Of a stretch of 64,000 nucleotides of DNA, positions 1-8,504 are shown one piece after another. Location: contig JBEKKZ010000002.1 of NCBI GenBank assembly GCA_050010435.1, positions 64 through 64,063 on the forward strand, written 5' to 3'. The DNA comes from Verrucomicrobiota bacterium (lineage in GTDB: Bacteria; Verrucomicrobiota; Verrucomicrobiia; Limisphaerales; UBA11358). Numbering within the stretch: position 1 is the stretch's first letter; each line of letters opens with the position of its first letter. Both the position numbers and the translations under genes were made by a program. A model generated the notes under the pieces. The model saw nothing but the letters and a program-made list of their open reading frames with translations, ran no database searches and was not told the DNA's origin.

Positions 1-8
1 CTCGGCTT

Positions 9-60
9 AAGTGTTACCTATGTTCTGAACCTACTCCGTTACCTTTGTTTTGAACCTGCA
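9..60. mobile_element. Probable right end of an IS481-family insertion sequence (transposase outside the window)
   Basis: Two tandem copies GTGTTACCTATGTTCTGAACCT / CCGTTACCTTTGTTTTGAACCT resemble the TGTTACC(T/C)ATGT subterminal repeats of IS481 ends; a third partial copy lies at ~71-80. Confidence 0.55.
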
Positions 61-123
61 CCAATAATGGCGTGTTACCTTTCAATGAAATACCGCGTCC
101 ATCCAATTAACTAATTACTTTTA

Positions 124-309
124 ATGAAAAAAAGCGCCCAATCAGACAGGAAAAATAACCAAACCAGTGGGCTGGTTCCAATTCTCAAGGACCTGGTATG
201 GGTTCAATGCAAAGAATATAGGTGCCTGGCCTATTTGGACGCGACCGGCAAATGGATAAACTTCTATACCGGCAAGAAATTGACGGATTTCGTCAAAATA
301 ATCAGATGA
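124..309 (+). CDS. Small hypothetical protein (61 aa)
   Basis: ATG-initiated ORF in AT-rich DNA with a protein-like core (LVWVQCKEYRCLAYLDATGKWINFY). Confidence 0.5.
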   Translation: MKKSAQSDRKNNQTSGLVPILKDLVWVQCKEYRCLAYLDATGKWINFYTGKKLTDFVKIIR

Positions 310-320
310 TAGTCAGTTGA

Positions 321-427
321 GCCGTCTTCGTCCTGCTTTGCAGGACTACGTCGCGACAAGTCCGCCGTCGTTGCACTTCCGTCTTCACGCTGTTTCGACG
401 CGACAAGTTGGCGCGACAAGTCCGCCT
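321..427. repeat. Cluster of short REP-like units ending in CGCGACAAG
   Basis: Three CGCGACAAG copies, two followed by TCCGCC; related units at ~7031-7066 and 50772-50802. Confidence 0.55.
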
Positions 428-477
428 CCATTCATTCCGGCGCGCCGAGGGGTTGAGGGTTTTCCACCTTCACGGAC

Positions 478-517
478 AAACAAAAACCCCTTCCTGTTGC
501 CGGGAAGGGGTGGGTTC
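478..517 (-). terminator. Rho-independent terminator of the multiheme cytochrome gene
   Basis: On the minus strand CCCCTTCC-cggcaaca-GGAAGGGG is followed by TTTTTGTTT, just downstream of the stop at 534. Confidence 0.8.
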
Positions 518-533
518 AAATGATTTTACCTAG

Positions 534-2951
534 TTACGGAGTATGCATCACGCGGAAGAACATTTGCACGTTGTCCCGCGTCGGGGTCAGGTAACTGATG
601 GACCCGCCGGTGCCGGGGATGTTGGTGCTGATGTTTTGCCAACTGCCGGTGAGGGCGGTGATGCCCTGAATCTGGTAGTTGACGCCCTTCTGTGTATCGA
701 AGGCGATTTCCGCCGCCGTGTAGATGGCGATGGTATTGGTCGTACCGTTGACAATGTCATCGCCATCGAAGTAGATCACGCCGTTGCCCACCGTAAAGCC
801 GGCTTTCGGATTGAGACCCAGGGCATACATCATCCAGTTCGGCACGCCAGCGCTGTTGTTGATGGCGTCAGGGCCGGCAGCGGGGTTGGTGGCAAAGTTG
901 TTGCCGAAGTATTGGATCTCCCACGCATCCGGCAGGCCGCCGGTGGTGGAAATCCCGGTCAGATTGGCAATGGAAGCCTTGAGCAGACCGACCGCGAACG
1001 GTCCGTTGTGAACGCCCAAACTGCCGTCATTGGAGACGAACTGCCAGTTGTAGACGGCCTGCAAATATTTCGTCGGCCAGTTGGTCTGGGTTGTTCGGAT
1101 CGAAGTCTGGACCACGCCGCCCGCGACATAGTTGGCGGGATTCGCCTGATAGGTCGAGTTCGGGAGGAGCATGGACAGTTGGTTGAGCAGAATCTGAACC
1201 TGCGTCTGGATGCCTTGGCTGTAGCCGTAACCAACATAATCAGGAGCCAGTATATCAAAGTTGGTAACGGCGCCGTGGCATTGGGTGCAGACATAGGCCA
1301 CCGGAATCTTGACGCCCAGGCTGTTGGTGTAACTCATCTTGGTGCTATGGCCGCCAGCCAGGGTGAACGCCGGATCGTTGGTAGCTATCGTCTGCATGTG
1401 GCAGCCGACGCAGGTGTCGGACACCACATTGGCGTGCGGCGCGCTGGGAATCACTTGCCCGTAGGTCACGGCGTTCACGCCCTCAAGCATGTCAGCCTGC
1501 GGGCTGTCATGCGTGCCAAAGCTGACGCCGCCAGCCCAGTTGGTCTGATTCAAAGGATATTTCGCCAACATGTTGGTGACGGAACCGTTGCGGTTGTTAT
1601 GGCATTCCATGCAGAAGCCACCGGCGCCGGCATTCGTAACCACCGTGCCATCGGAGAGCGTAACGTTATAGCTCAAGCGTAATTGGTACGGATTGGAAGC
1701 ATTATGCGGGTTGTGGCAGGCCTGACAGGTAATCGCTTCGTAGGTCGTGTTGGGGGTGGTGGTTAAAATATTGGTGGAAAACGCATTCGCTGAAATAACA
1801 TTGTTTGGATACAAATTCTGCGCACTCATACCGCCAGCCGTGGCCCAACCAACGAAGCCAGGTGCCGTATGACATCGGACGCAGGCGGCGCTGGTCTCTC
1901 TGGCGGAAGAGGCATGGACTGAATTGTTCCATTCGGCACTTTCGTATTCAGTGTTCAGGCTGTCGTGGCATTGCGAGCAGTCGCCCGCGCCGTAGCTGAC
2001 GGAGATAAAATTGGTGTTTCCTACCATGCCATTCTGCACCGGATGCTGACTGCCGGGACCGTGACAGTTTTCGCATTGGATGTTGGCCAGGTTCTGCAAT
2101 GGCGCCGGCATGGCGGCCCAGTTGCTGTTGGTCAACACAGCCGGGAAAGTCCAGCCGTATTCCTTCGCTACGTCGTCAAAGCCGCCGTTGACGGCGAACG
2201 AGTTGGTGTCATACCCGACGACGTGACACTGAATGCAACTTGCGTTGTAATAGCTGCTGACCTGGCCATTAATGGCCCGGGTGAAGAACGACGCATGGAG
2301 CGTATTCGTGTAAATGGGGTAAATGATTGGCGCATTTAGGACGCCGCCACTATGGCAGGCCTCGCAAGTATTCACGCCATAATAAGTGGACGCCGTGATG
2401 GTGGTAGCAATGTTCGTCGTGGTCGGGGAGATGGTGTTCGTTCCGCTGATACTAGTCGTAGTGATCGTGGCCAGGACGGTGTATTGTCCGACGACATCCG
2501 GGCGGAAAAAGGTCCGGCCCGACGGGCCCGCCAGTTGAAGGTATGGTGTGGGGGCCGCATTATTGATTCCACCCGTGACGCGATCCCCCGTCTTAAAGAG
2601 CGGCACATTGGTGCCCAACGGACTGTTGGTCAACACCGCCAGCGAACCCAGTGGCTTGTTGGTGCTGGGGAGCGACCAGGTGACGCTAAGAATGTTCGAA
2701 GGCGCAATGGAAGCGGTCACCATGGCGTCAAGATAAACTGGTTCGCCCAAGGCGACGGTGCCGATGCCGGCGGAGAACTGGACATTGGTCAGCTGATACC
2801 TTGCGATTTCAGTCGGTGTGAGGGGACGCTGGGTAACCTGGCCATTCATGGCTATTACCGACGCCTCCACCCTGGTTGCTGTTCCAACCGCGATGAGTAC
2901 ACCCGCCATCAGGCAGGCTGCGGCCATTCTCATGGAAGTATTCATTTTCAT
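534..2951 (-). CDS. Secreted multiheme (9 CxxCH) c-type cytochrome with C-terminal putative sorting domain
   Basis: N-terminal signal peptide; CEACH, CIQCH, CENCH, CSQCH, CVRCH, CQACH, CMECH, CVGCH, CTQCH; DGSLGVHN motif; GLPDAWE...GVPNWMMYALGLNP module; ends YQIQ...W...FFRVMHTP. Confidence 0.9.
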   Translation of the reverse strand: MKMNTSMRMAAACLMAGVLIAVGTATRVEASVIAMNGQVTQRPLTPTEIARYQLTNVQFSAGIGTVALGEPVYLDAMVTASIAPSNILSVTWSLPSTNKPLGSLAVLTNSPLGTNVPLFKTGDRVTGGINNAAPTPYLQLAGPSGRTFFRPDVVGQYTVLATITTTSISGTNTISPTTTNIATTITASTYYGVNTCEACHSGGVLNAPIIYPIYTNTLHASFFTRAINGQVSSYYNASCIQCHVVGYDTNSFAVNGGFDDVAKEYGWTFPAVLTNSNWAAMPAPLQNLANIQCENCHGPGSQHPVQNGMVGNTNFISVSYGAGDCSQCHDSLNTEYESAEWNNSVHASSARETSAACVRCHTAPGFVGWATAGGMSAQNLYPNNVISANAFSTNILTTTPNTTYEAITCQACHNPHNASNPYQLRLSYNVTLSDGTVVTNAGAGGFCMECHNNRNGSVTNMLAKYPLNQTNWAGGVSFGTHDSPQADMLEGVNAVTYGQVIPSAPHANVVSDTCVGCHMQTIATNDPAFTLAGGHSTKMSYTNSLGVKIPVAYVCTQCHGAVTNFDILAPDYVGYGYSQGIQTQVQILLNQLSMLLPNSTYQANPANYVAGGVVQTSIRTTQTNWPTKYLQAVYNWQFVSNDGSLGVHNGPFAVGLLKASIANLTGISTTGGLPDAWEIQYFGNNFATNPAAGPDAINNSAGVPNWMMYALGLNPKAGFTVGNGVIYFDGDDIVNGTTNTIAIYTAAEIAFDTQKGVNYQIQGITALTGSWQNISTNIPGTGGSISYLTPTRDNVQMFFRVMHTP

Positions 2952-3022
2952 ATTTGCTCTGATTTTTTAAGTTAAACCATCGCGCTTACTTGATTAAAAC
3001 CGTCGCCAAACGCCGACCGTTA

Positions 3023-4108
3023 TCAGCCACTGCAAACCGCAGGCTCCAACAACACACAACCGGGCCGGCTCGAAACCGCCCGCCTTCCGGCCTCCGCCGG
3101 TTGCTCCCCAAACCGCTCCACCACTTCCCGAGTGTGCTTCACGATGATGTGCCGGCACCGTGCCAGCTCCTGCTCGCGGTTCCTGACATTCTCACGCACG
3201 ATCAACTCCAGATCATCCACGTCATAAAGGTAAACATTGTCGAGCCGCTGCACATCCGCGGCGATGTCGCGCGGGACGGCGATGTCAACCAAAACCAAAG
3301 GACGGTTGCGTCGCGCCGACATCACCTTCGCGACGTCTGCACGATGCAAAATCGTGTGCGGGCAGCCGGTCGAACTGACCACGATGTCCGCTTCCACCAT
3401 GGCCGCCAGACAATCGTCAAAGCGGATCGCCCGTCCGCCGAACTCCGCCGCCAGGGTTTGTGCGCGCTCGAAGGAACGATTTGACACGAGCACCGAGCGG
3501 GCGCCCTTTTTGTTCAGGTGACGCACGCACGCCTCGCCCATCCTGCCCGCGCCGATGATCATCACGGTTTTCTCCGAAAGTTCCCGGTCAAAAATGCGCT
3601 CCGCCAGCTCCACGGCCACACTGCCCACGGAAGTCGCTCCGTGCCCGATGCCGGTCTGGGTGCGGATTTCCTTGGCGGTCTGCAGCGCCGTCTGGAAAAC
3701 ACGGTTCAAAACCCTTCCGGTCAGCTTCACGGCCTGCGCGGCCTGGTAGGCCAGCTTCACCTGGCCGGTGATTTCCGTCTCGCCAATCACCGTGGAATCC
3801 AGACCGCTCGTCACTGAAAACAAATGCCGCACCGCGTCCGCGCCTTCCTTCACATAAATGTAGGGCGTCACGTCCACGTCCGCCGGGCAAAGCTGCTGGA
3901 AGATGCGATGCACCCGGCCCTGGACCCAGGGCGCCGTGCCATAAACTTCGACGCGGTTGCAGGTGGAAAGCAGCACGACTTCATCCAGACCGGCATTGAT
4001 TTTGAGCCGGCAACCGAGGCACGACAAAAGGGAAGGCCGCACCGCCAGTTTTTCGCGGACTTCCACCGGCGCGGTCTTGTAACTCAATCCTGCGACAAAA
4101 ACGTTCAT
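3023..4108 (-). CDS. hemA: Glutamyl-tRNA reductase
   Basis: GLSYKTAPVEVRE, LSTCNRVE (catalytic Cys), GLDSxVIGETEI, GAGRMG, DIAVPRDI; start set at MNVFVAG; short C-terminus. Confidence 0.93.
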   Translation of the reverse strand: MNVFVAGLSYKTAPVEVREKLAVRPSLLSCLGCRLKINAGLDEVVLLSTCNRVEVYGTAPWVQGRVHRIFQQLCPADVDVTPYIYVKEGADAVRHLFSVTSGLDSTVIGETEITGQVKLAYQAAQAVKLTGRVLNRVFQTALQTAKEIRTQTGIGHGATSVGSVAVELAERIFDRELSEKTVMIIGAGRMGEACVRHLNKKGARSVLVSNRSFERAQTLAAEFGGRAIRFDDCLAAMVEADIVVSSTGCPHTILHRADVAKVMSARRNRPLVLVDIAVPRDIAADVQRLDNVYLYDVDDLELIVRENVRNREQELARCRHIIVKHTREVVERFGEQPAEAGRRAVSSRPGCVLLEPAVCSG

Positions 4109-4189
4109 GCGTGTGCTCAAACGGCTTCCCGAATCACGGCTTGACGCTAGCACGCCGGGCAAAATCCAACACCGCATCCCTTGGCAACT

Positions 4190-4365
4190 AGTTGACATAT
4201 ATTGTCATAAGCCAACCAATAAATGTAGCTTATATTGATAAGGTTAAATCATTATTAGATTAATAATAACTTTTATATGGATACATAAACATTGTTAAAG
4301 TAATTTATAATCATTAAGATTGCCGTGTGATTTATAAGCGCTGATAATAATATGAATAAAGCGGT
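4190..4365. promoter_or_regulatory. Very AT-rich divergent promoter region between hemA and the rhodanese-MauE genes
   Basis: Sharp AT-rich island between divergent genes; small palindrome TGACA-tatat-TGTCA at 4193-4207. Confidence 0.5.
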
Positions 4366-4449
4366 GCTGACCGGGAAAAAGTGGTTGTCCCCGGCGGCGG
4401 GATGGCCCACGCTGACCGCAGGATCCGTGTGAAGCAACCGCTTGAAATC

Positions 4450-5097
4450 ATGACGCCTGACCGCCGGCAGCCGGTCAGGAATGTCCTCCTGGAGGCCCTT
4501 TTCGTGGCGGTCATCGGCGCGGTCTTCGCGTTTGGCGCCAACCTGGTCTCGCCGCGCGGTCTGGCACTCACGCGCAACTATTTCCCGGCAGGCATCAGCC
4601 GCCCGGTTCCGGCGGCACCCCGCGTAGGTTCGCCACGCGACGTTGCAAACACAAATTCCCCGGTGCCTTCTCCCGCTCAACTTCTGGCTGCGCAATTGAA
4701 GGAACTGGGACTGCAGCGGATTGATGGGCGCCAGGCGGCGCAGCTTTTCCACGATCCGCGTTTCCAGCAGGGGAGCATCGCGTTCATTGATGCCCGCGAC
4801 GAACAGCACTACCGGGAAGGGCACATCCCCGGGGCTTGTGAATTCGACCCCTACTATCCGGAAAAATACTTTGCCACCGTGCTTCCGGTTTGCCAGGCAG
4901 CGGAGCAAATCGTGGTTTATTGCAACGGCGGCGATTGCGACGACAGCGAGTCCGCCGCCATCACGCTCAGGGATGTCGGGATTGCGAACCGGAAACTTTT
5001 TATTTACACGGGAGGGATCACGGAGTGGACCACCAACAGACTGCCGGTCGAGATCGGCGGGCGAAACAGTGGGAACCTGCACAGCACCAACAAATGA
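4450..5097 (+). CDS. Membrane-anchored rhodanese-like domain protein
   Basis: N-terminal TM helix; FIDAR...YREGHIPGA; VVYCNGGDC; YTGGITEW; start uncertain (4381 GTG or 4450 ATG). Confidence 0.85.
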   Translation: MTPDRRQPVRNVLLEALFVAVIGAVFAFGANLVSPRGLALTRNYFPAGISRPVPAAPRVGSPRDVANTNSPVPSPAQLLAAQLKELGLQRIDGRQAAQLFHDPRFQQGSIAFIDARDEQHYREGHIPGACEFDPYYPEKYFATVLPVCQAAEQIVVYCNGGDCDDSESAAITLRDVGIANRKLFIYTGGITEWTTNRLPVEIGGRNSGNLHSTNK

Positions 5098-5630
5098 ATA
5101 CCAGCCAATCGTCCTGGAGTCGCATCGCCGCGGACACTTTCGCCATGCTGGCGAGGTGGTTGTTGGGCGCGGTCTTTCTTTACCTGGGCTTGAACAAGGC
5201 GTTGCATCCGGTCGAGTTCCTCAAACTGGTGCGGCAATACGACCTGGTGCAAAGCTCCCTGCTGTTGAACTCAATTGCCGCCGCCCTGCCCTGGTTCGAA
5301 ATATTTTGCGGACTGCTGCTGCTGGCGGGAGTGGCGGTGCGCGGGACGGCGGTGATGCTGATCGTGATGCTGGTGCCGTTCACGGTGCTGGTGTTCCGGC
5401 GCGCCCTAGCCATCCAGTCGGTGCTGGCCATCCCGTTCTGCGCGGTCAAATTCGATTGCGGTTGCGGCACCGGCGAAGTTTTCATCTGTCGCAAACTGGT
5501 GGAGAACTTCCTTTTTATTGTGTTCTCAGGCTGGTTACTGGGTGGGTACGGCCGAAAACTTTGTGTCCGCCACTCTCTGATGTCGTGCGCTGTCAAAACC
5601 AGACCGAGTGTGGACGGCGGGAGCTTTTAG
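5094..5630 (+). CDS. MauE/DoxX-family membrane protein
   Basis: ARWLLGAVFLYLGLNKALHP, LPWFEIFCGLLLL, DCGC motif; ATGA overlap with the rhodanese gene. Confidence 0.85.
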   Translation: MNTSQSSWSRIAADTFAMLARWLLGAVFLYLGLNKALHPVEFLKLVRQYDLVQSSLLLNSIAAALPWFEIFCGLLLLAGVAVRGTAVMLIVMLVPFTVLVFRRALAIQSVLAIPFCAVKFDCGCGTGEVFICRKLVENFLFIVFSGWLLGGYGRKLCVRHSLMSCAVKTRPSVDGGSF

Positions 5631-5680
5631 CTTTCTTCCGGCTTCTCCACGGCTTATGATGCGGTCGAATCTCCATGGGT

Positions 5681-6029
5681 ATGCTTAACGAAGCGGAATG
5701 GCTGACGCGGAAAAATCGCATAGACACCCGATTGTGCCCTGACGCCGTCTCGGAAAATTATTCGATACCACGACGGCCTGAACCTCTCCTCTTTGCATTG
5801 CGTCGCAGTTGAGGAGTTTCCCACCGCCAACGGCCCTGCCGACTACGCCCTGTTCGTCAACGGAGTTTTGCTTGGCATCATCGAAGCCAAGAAGGTCACG
5901 GTGAATCCTCAGAACGTGCTGGAGCAGGCCAAGCGCTACTCTGCCGGCGCATCGCAAGGGCCGGGAAACTGGGACGGCTTTGCGACTATGCTTCCGCACG
6001 GGCACCGGGCGGCACGGGCGCGGGTCTGA
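5681..6029 (+). pseudogene. hsdR: Frameshifted N-terminal remnant of a type I restriction enzyme R subunit
   Basis: MLNEAEWLTRKNRIDTRL, then a frame change to AVEEFPTANGPADYALFVNGVLLGIIEAKK...LEQAKRYS (HsdR PD-(D/E)xK nuclease with QxxxY); truncated. Confidence 0.75.
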
Positions 6030-6122
6030 AGTAGTTGACGCCACGCGGGGTTCACGCTAAAGCTTCGATTAAGCAACCTTCGTAGCCGCCAAAATATCCC
6101 GGCATTTGCGGGGGACGACAAC

Positions 6123-6695
6123 ATGCAAACGATTCTGCCATCCGAATTCAAACGCCAGATGGTTCTGCTGCTGGAAGGCGCCCCCCATGTCATCGAGGAT
6201 TTGCACACCAGCGGCACCGCCCAGACCCGACACAAACTCCACACCCGCCTGCGCCACCTCACGACCGGCCGCCTCATTGACCGCGTTTTCGCCGAAAACG
6301 AGCGCGTGACCGTGGCCCCACTGGAAACCCGCCGCGTTACTTACAGCTACGCGCAGGCCGACCGGCAGGTTTTCATTGATGCCGAGACTTTCGAGGAGTT
6401 CGAGTTCAGCAACGAACAACTCGGTGAGCGCCGCTGGTTTCTCAAGGAGAACGAGGAATATAAAGCCCTGCGGCTTGATGGCCGGCTCCTCGACATCGTC
6501 TTGCCGCCGCAAATACCGCTCAAAGTGGTGGACACCGCTCCGCCCGGTCGTGGCGGCTTGAACTCGTCATGGAAGGAGGCGAAGCTCGAAACGGGCCTCC
6601 AAATCATGGTTCCGCTGTTCATCACCAACGGCGAAATAATCCGCGTTGACATCGCCGAAAAGAAATACTTGGGCAGGGAAACGTCCGGGGAATAA
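6123..6695 (+). CDS. efp: Elongation factor P-like protein (atypical tip loop)
   Basis: 190 aa, EF-P three-domain signature, including FIDAETFEE and WKEAKLETGLQIMVPLFITNGEIIRVD; the loop reads SGTAQ instead of PGKG. Confidence 0.85.
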   Translation: MQTILPSEFKRQMVLLLEGAPHVIEDLHTSGTAQTRHKLHTRLRHLTTGRLIDRVFAENERVTVAPLETRRVTYSYAQADRQVFIDAETFEEFEFSNEQLGERRWFLKENEEYKALRLDGRLLDIVLPPQIPLKVVDTAPPGRGGLNSSWKEAKLETGLQIMVPLFITNGEIIRVDIAEKKYLGRETSGE

Positions 6696-6885
6696 AAAAG
6701 AAAAGAGGTCCTGGAAAAGTGACATTGCTCTCCCGCCTTCCTTGATTTTGCCGGGCCTTGCTGCAAGCCGGTTTGGAGAAGCGGTTGGGAGGAGAAGGGC
6801 GAAGGCGTCAGCCGCGGTGAATTTTGAAGCCGTGAAAGAATCACTCCTAAAATGAATTATGATAAAAACGTCGAGGACGAGAATG

Positions 6886-6919
6886 ACAAAACTTTGTCCC
6901 ATGTGGGACAAAGTTTTGT
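6886..6919. repeat. Perfect inverted repeat with 16-bp arms
   Basis: ACAAAACTTTGTCCCA-tg-TGGGACAAAGTTTTGT. Confidence 0.9.
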
Positions 6920-7083
6920 AAACATCTTATGATTGAAGAACTTACCGTTAGAAGGAAACGGGGTGATTCTTATGATTGGCTGGCTTGCCGAGTCGAAGCT
7001 CGGAGCGTCGCTGTTATTTAACCGCTTATAGCCCGCCTACGCGCTTCGCGCTACGGCGCGGCAGCCCCGAAAACTTTCGGGGC

Positions 7084-7159
7084 TGGTGGAGCCGAGGGGG
7101 TTCGAACCCCTGACCTCCTGAATGCCATTCAGGCGCTCTACCAACTGAGCTACGACCCC
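7084..7159 (-). tRNA. tRNA-Ala(GGC)
   Basis: GGGGTCGTAGCTCAGTTGGTAGAGCG-CCTGA-ATGGCAT-TCAGG-AGGTCAGGGGTTCGAACCCCCTCGGCTCCACCA; 76 nt, G3:U70 pair, encoded CCA. Confidence 0.97.
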
Positions 7160-7269
7160 ATCCGAAGAGCACGCAATCTAAGGTCCCGTCCGCGCTTGTC
7201 AAACTTTTTGCCGTCACTTCAAGCGAATTGTGATTGAACGGCCTCGCCAAAATTTAATAGCGTCATCCC

Positions 7270-8490
7270 GTGCACGAACCCCAATCTCCGCTCCATATCG
7301 CGTTTCTGACGCACGAACCGTTTTATCCGCCTTCCGGCGGCGGCTCGGCGGAGGCCGTTTATCTCGTCCAAGAAATGATCCGGCGCGGCCACGAAGTTCA
7401 CGTTTTTTGCCCGCAGATCGCCGAACCCGATGCCGTCGAAAAGAAATTCAGCGTCCGCTTGCACCTGTTCACCGCCTGGCAAATGGGACGCTACGCCAGC
7501 CTGCGCAATTTCAAATACCTGCTCTATCCATCCTTTTTGCAGCGCATGGTTGCCCGGGCCGCGCGGACGATAAAATTCGATTTGCTGCTCTCGCAACACG
7601 CGATTTCCGCCGTGGCCGCCGGCCGGTTGAAACGCCGGCTGAACGTGCCGGTCGTGATGAATTTTCCCGACCTCCTCACCGGTTTCATGGAAACCTGGCC
7701 GGCCTACATCGCGCCCCGTCCGTTTGTCGAGCTGCTCGAACGCTACGAAATTTCCATGCCCGTCCGTTACGGCGTGGATGGTGTGCTGGCGATTTCCGAC
7801 GCGCTGGCCGATTACTTTGTCGAACGCGGCTATCCACGCGAAAGAATCCTGCCGATTTATTACGGCTATGCGGCGGAATATTTTCCATTTTATGTGCGGA
7901 TGATTGCGCCAAATCTTCCGCCGGTTGTCGTCATGCACGGCTCGCTGGATTTTCATCACGCCGGGGACATCGCCTTTGGCGCAATCCGGCACGTGACCCA
8001 AAACCGTCCCGGCACCATCTTTCGATTTGTCGGCCAGCGCACCGCCGCGCTTGAGAAATTTTTGAACCGCGCGCAACAGGGAATTCCAGGTTTCAAATTT
8101 GAAGCCACCGGCTTTGTGCCTTATGCCGAAGTGGCGAGACACCTGGCTGACGTCAGCGTGGGCATCGTGCCCTATGAGGAATCAGCCGGCACGCACTGCG
8201 CGTTTGTCGCCAAAGTCGTCGAATACGTCGCCAGCGGACTGCCCAGCGTTTGCACGCCCCTCAAAAGCATCCGGGGCTATTTCCAAAACGACCCGATGGT
8301 GCGCTTCTCGGAATTCAATGGCGTGGATTTCGGCAAAAAAATCCTCGAATGGCTTGATGAACCGCCCCTGGCCTGGCAAATCCACGCCGCCCAATCCGCC
8401 GCGCGGGTCGAAGCTGAACTCGACTGGGAGCCGCTGTGCCGCCGGGCGGTTGATTTTGTTGAAGGAATTTACACGCGTTCCAAAAACTGA
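7270..8490 (+). CDS. Glycosyltransferase family 4
   Basis: YPPSGGGSAE...RRGHEVHVF N-terminus; GFVPYAEV...KVVEYVASGLPSV C-terminal GT-B motif. Confidence 0.85.
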   Translation: MHEPQSPLHIAFLTHEPFYPPSGGGSAEAVYLVQEMIRRGHEVHVFCPQIAEPDAVEKKFSVRLHLFTAWQMGRYASLRNFKYLLYPSFLQRMVARAARTIKFDLLLSQHAISAVAAGRLKRRLNVPVVMNFPDLLTGFMETWPAYIAPRPFVELLERYEISMPVRYGVDGVLAISDALADYFVERGYPRERILPIYYGYAAEYFPFYVRMIAPNLPPVVVMHGSLDFHHAGDIAFGAIRHVTQNRPGTIFRFVGQRTAALEKFLNRAQQGIPGFKFEATGFVPYAEVARHLADVSVGIVPYEESAGTHCAFVAKVVEYVASGLPSVCTPLKSIRGYFQNDPMVRFSEFNGVDFGKKILEWLDEPPLAWQIHAAQSAARVEAELDWEPLCRRAVDFVEGIYTRSKN

Positions 8491-8504
8491 CGCGCGCTCG
8501 TCGC

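Noticed and set aside
317-523. 68-aa ORF
   Set aside because: Consists of REP-like repeats and the terminator hairpin
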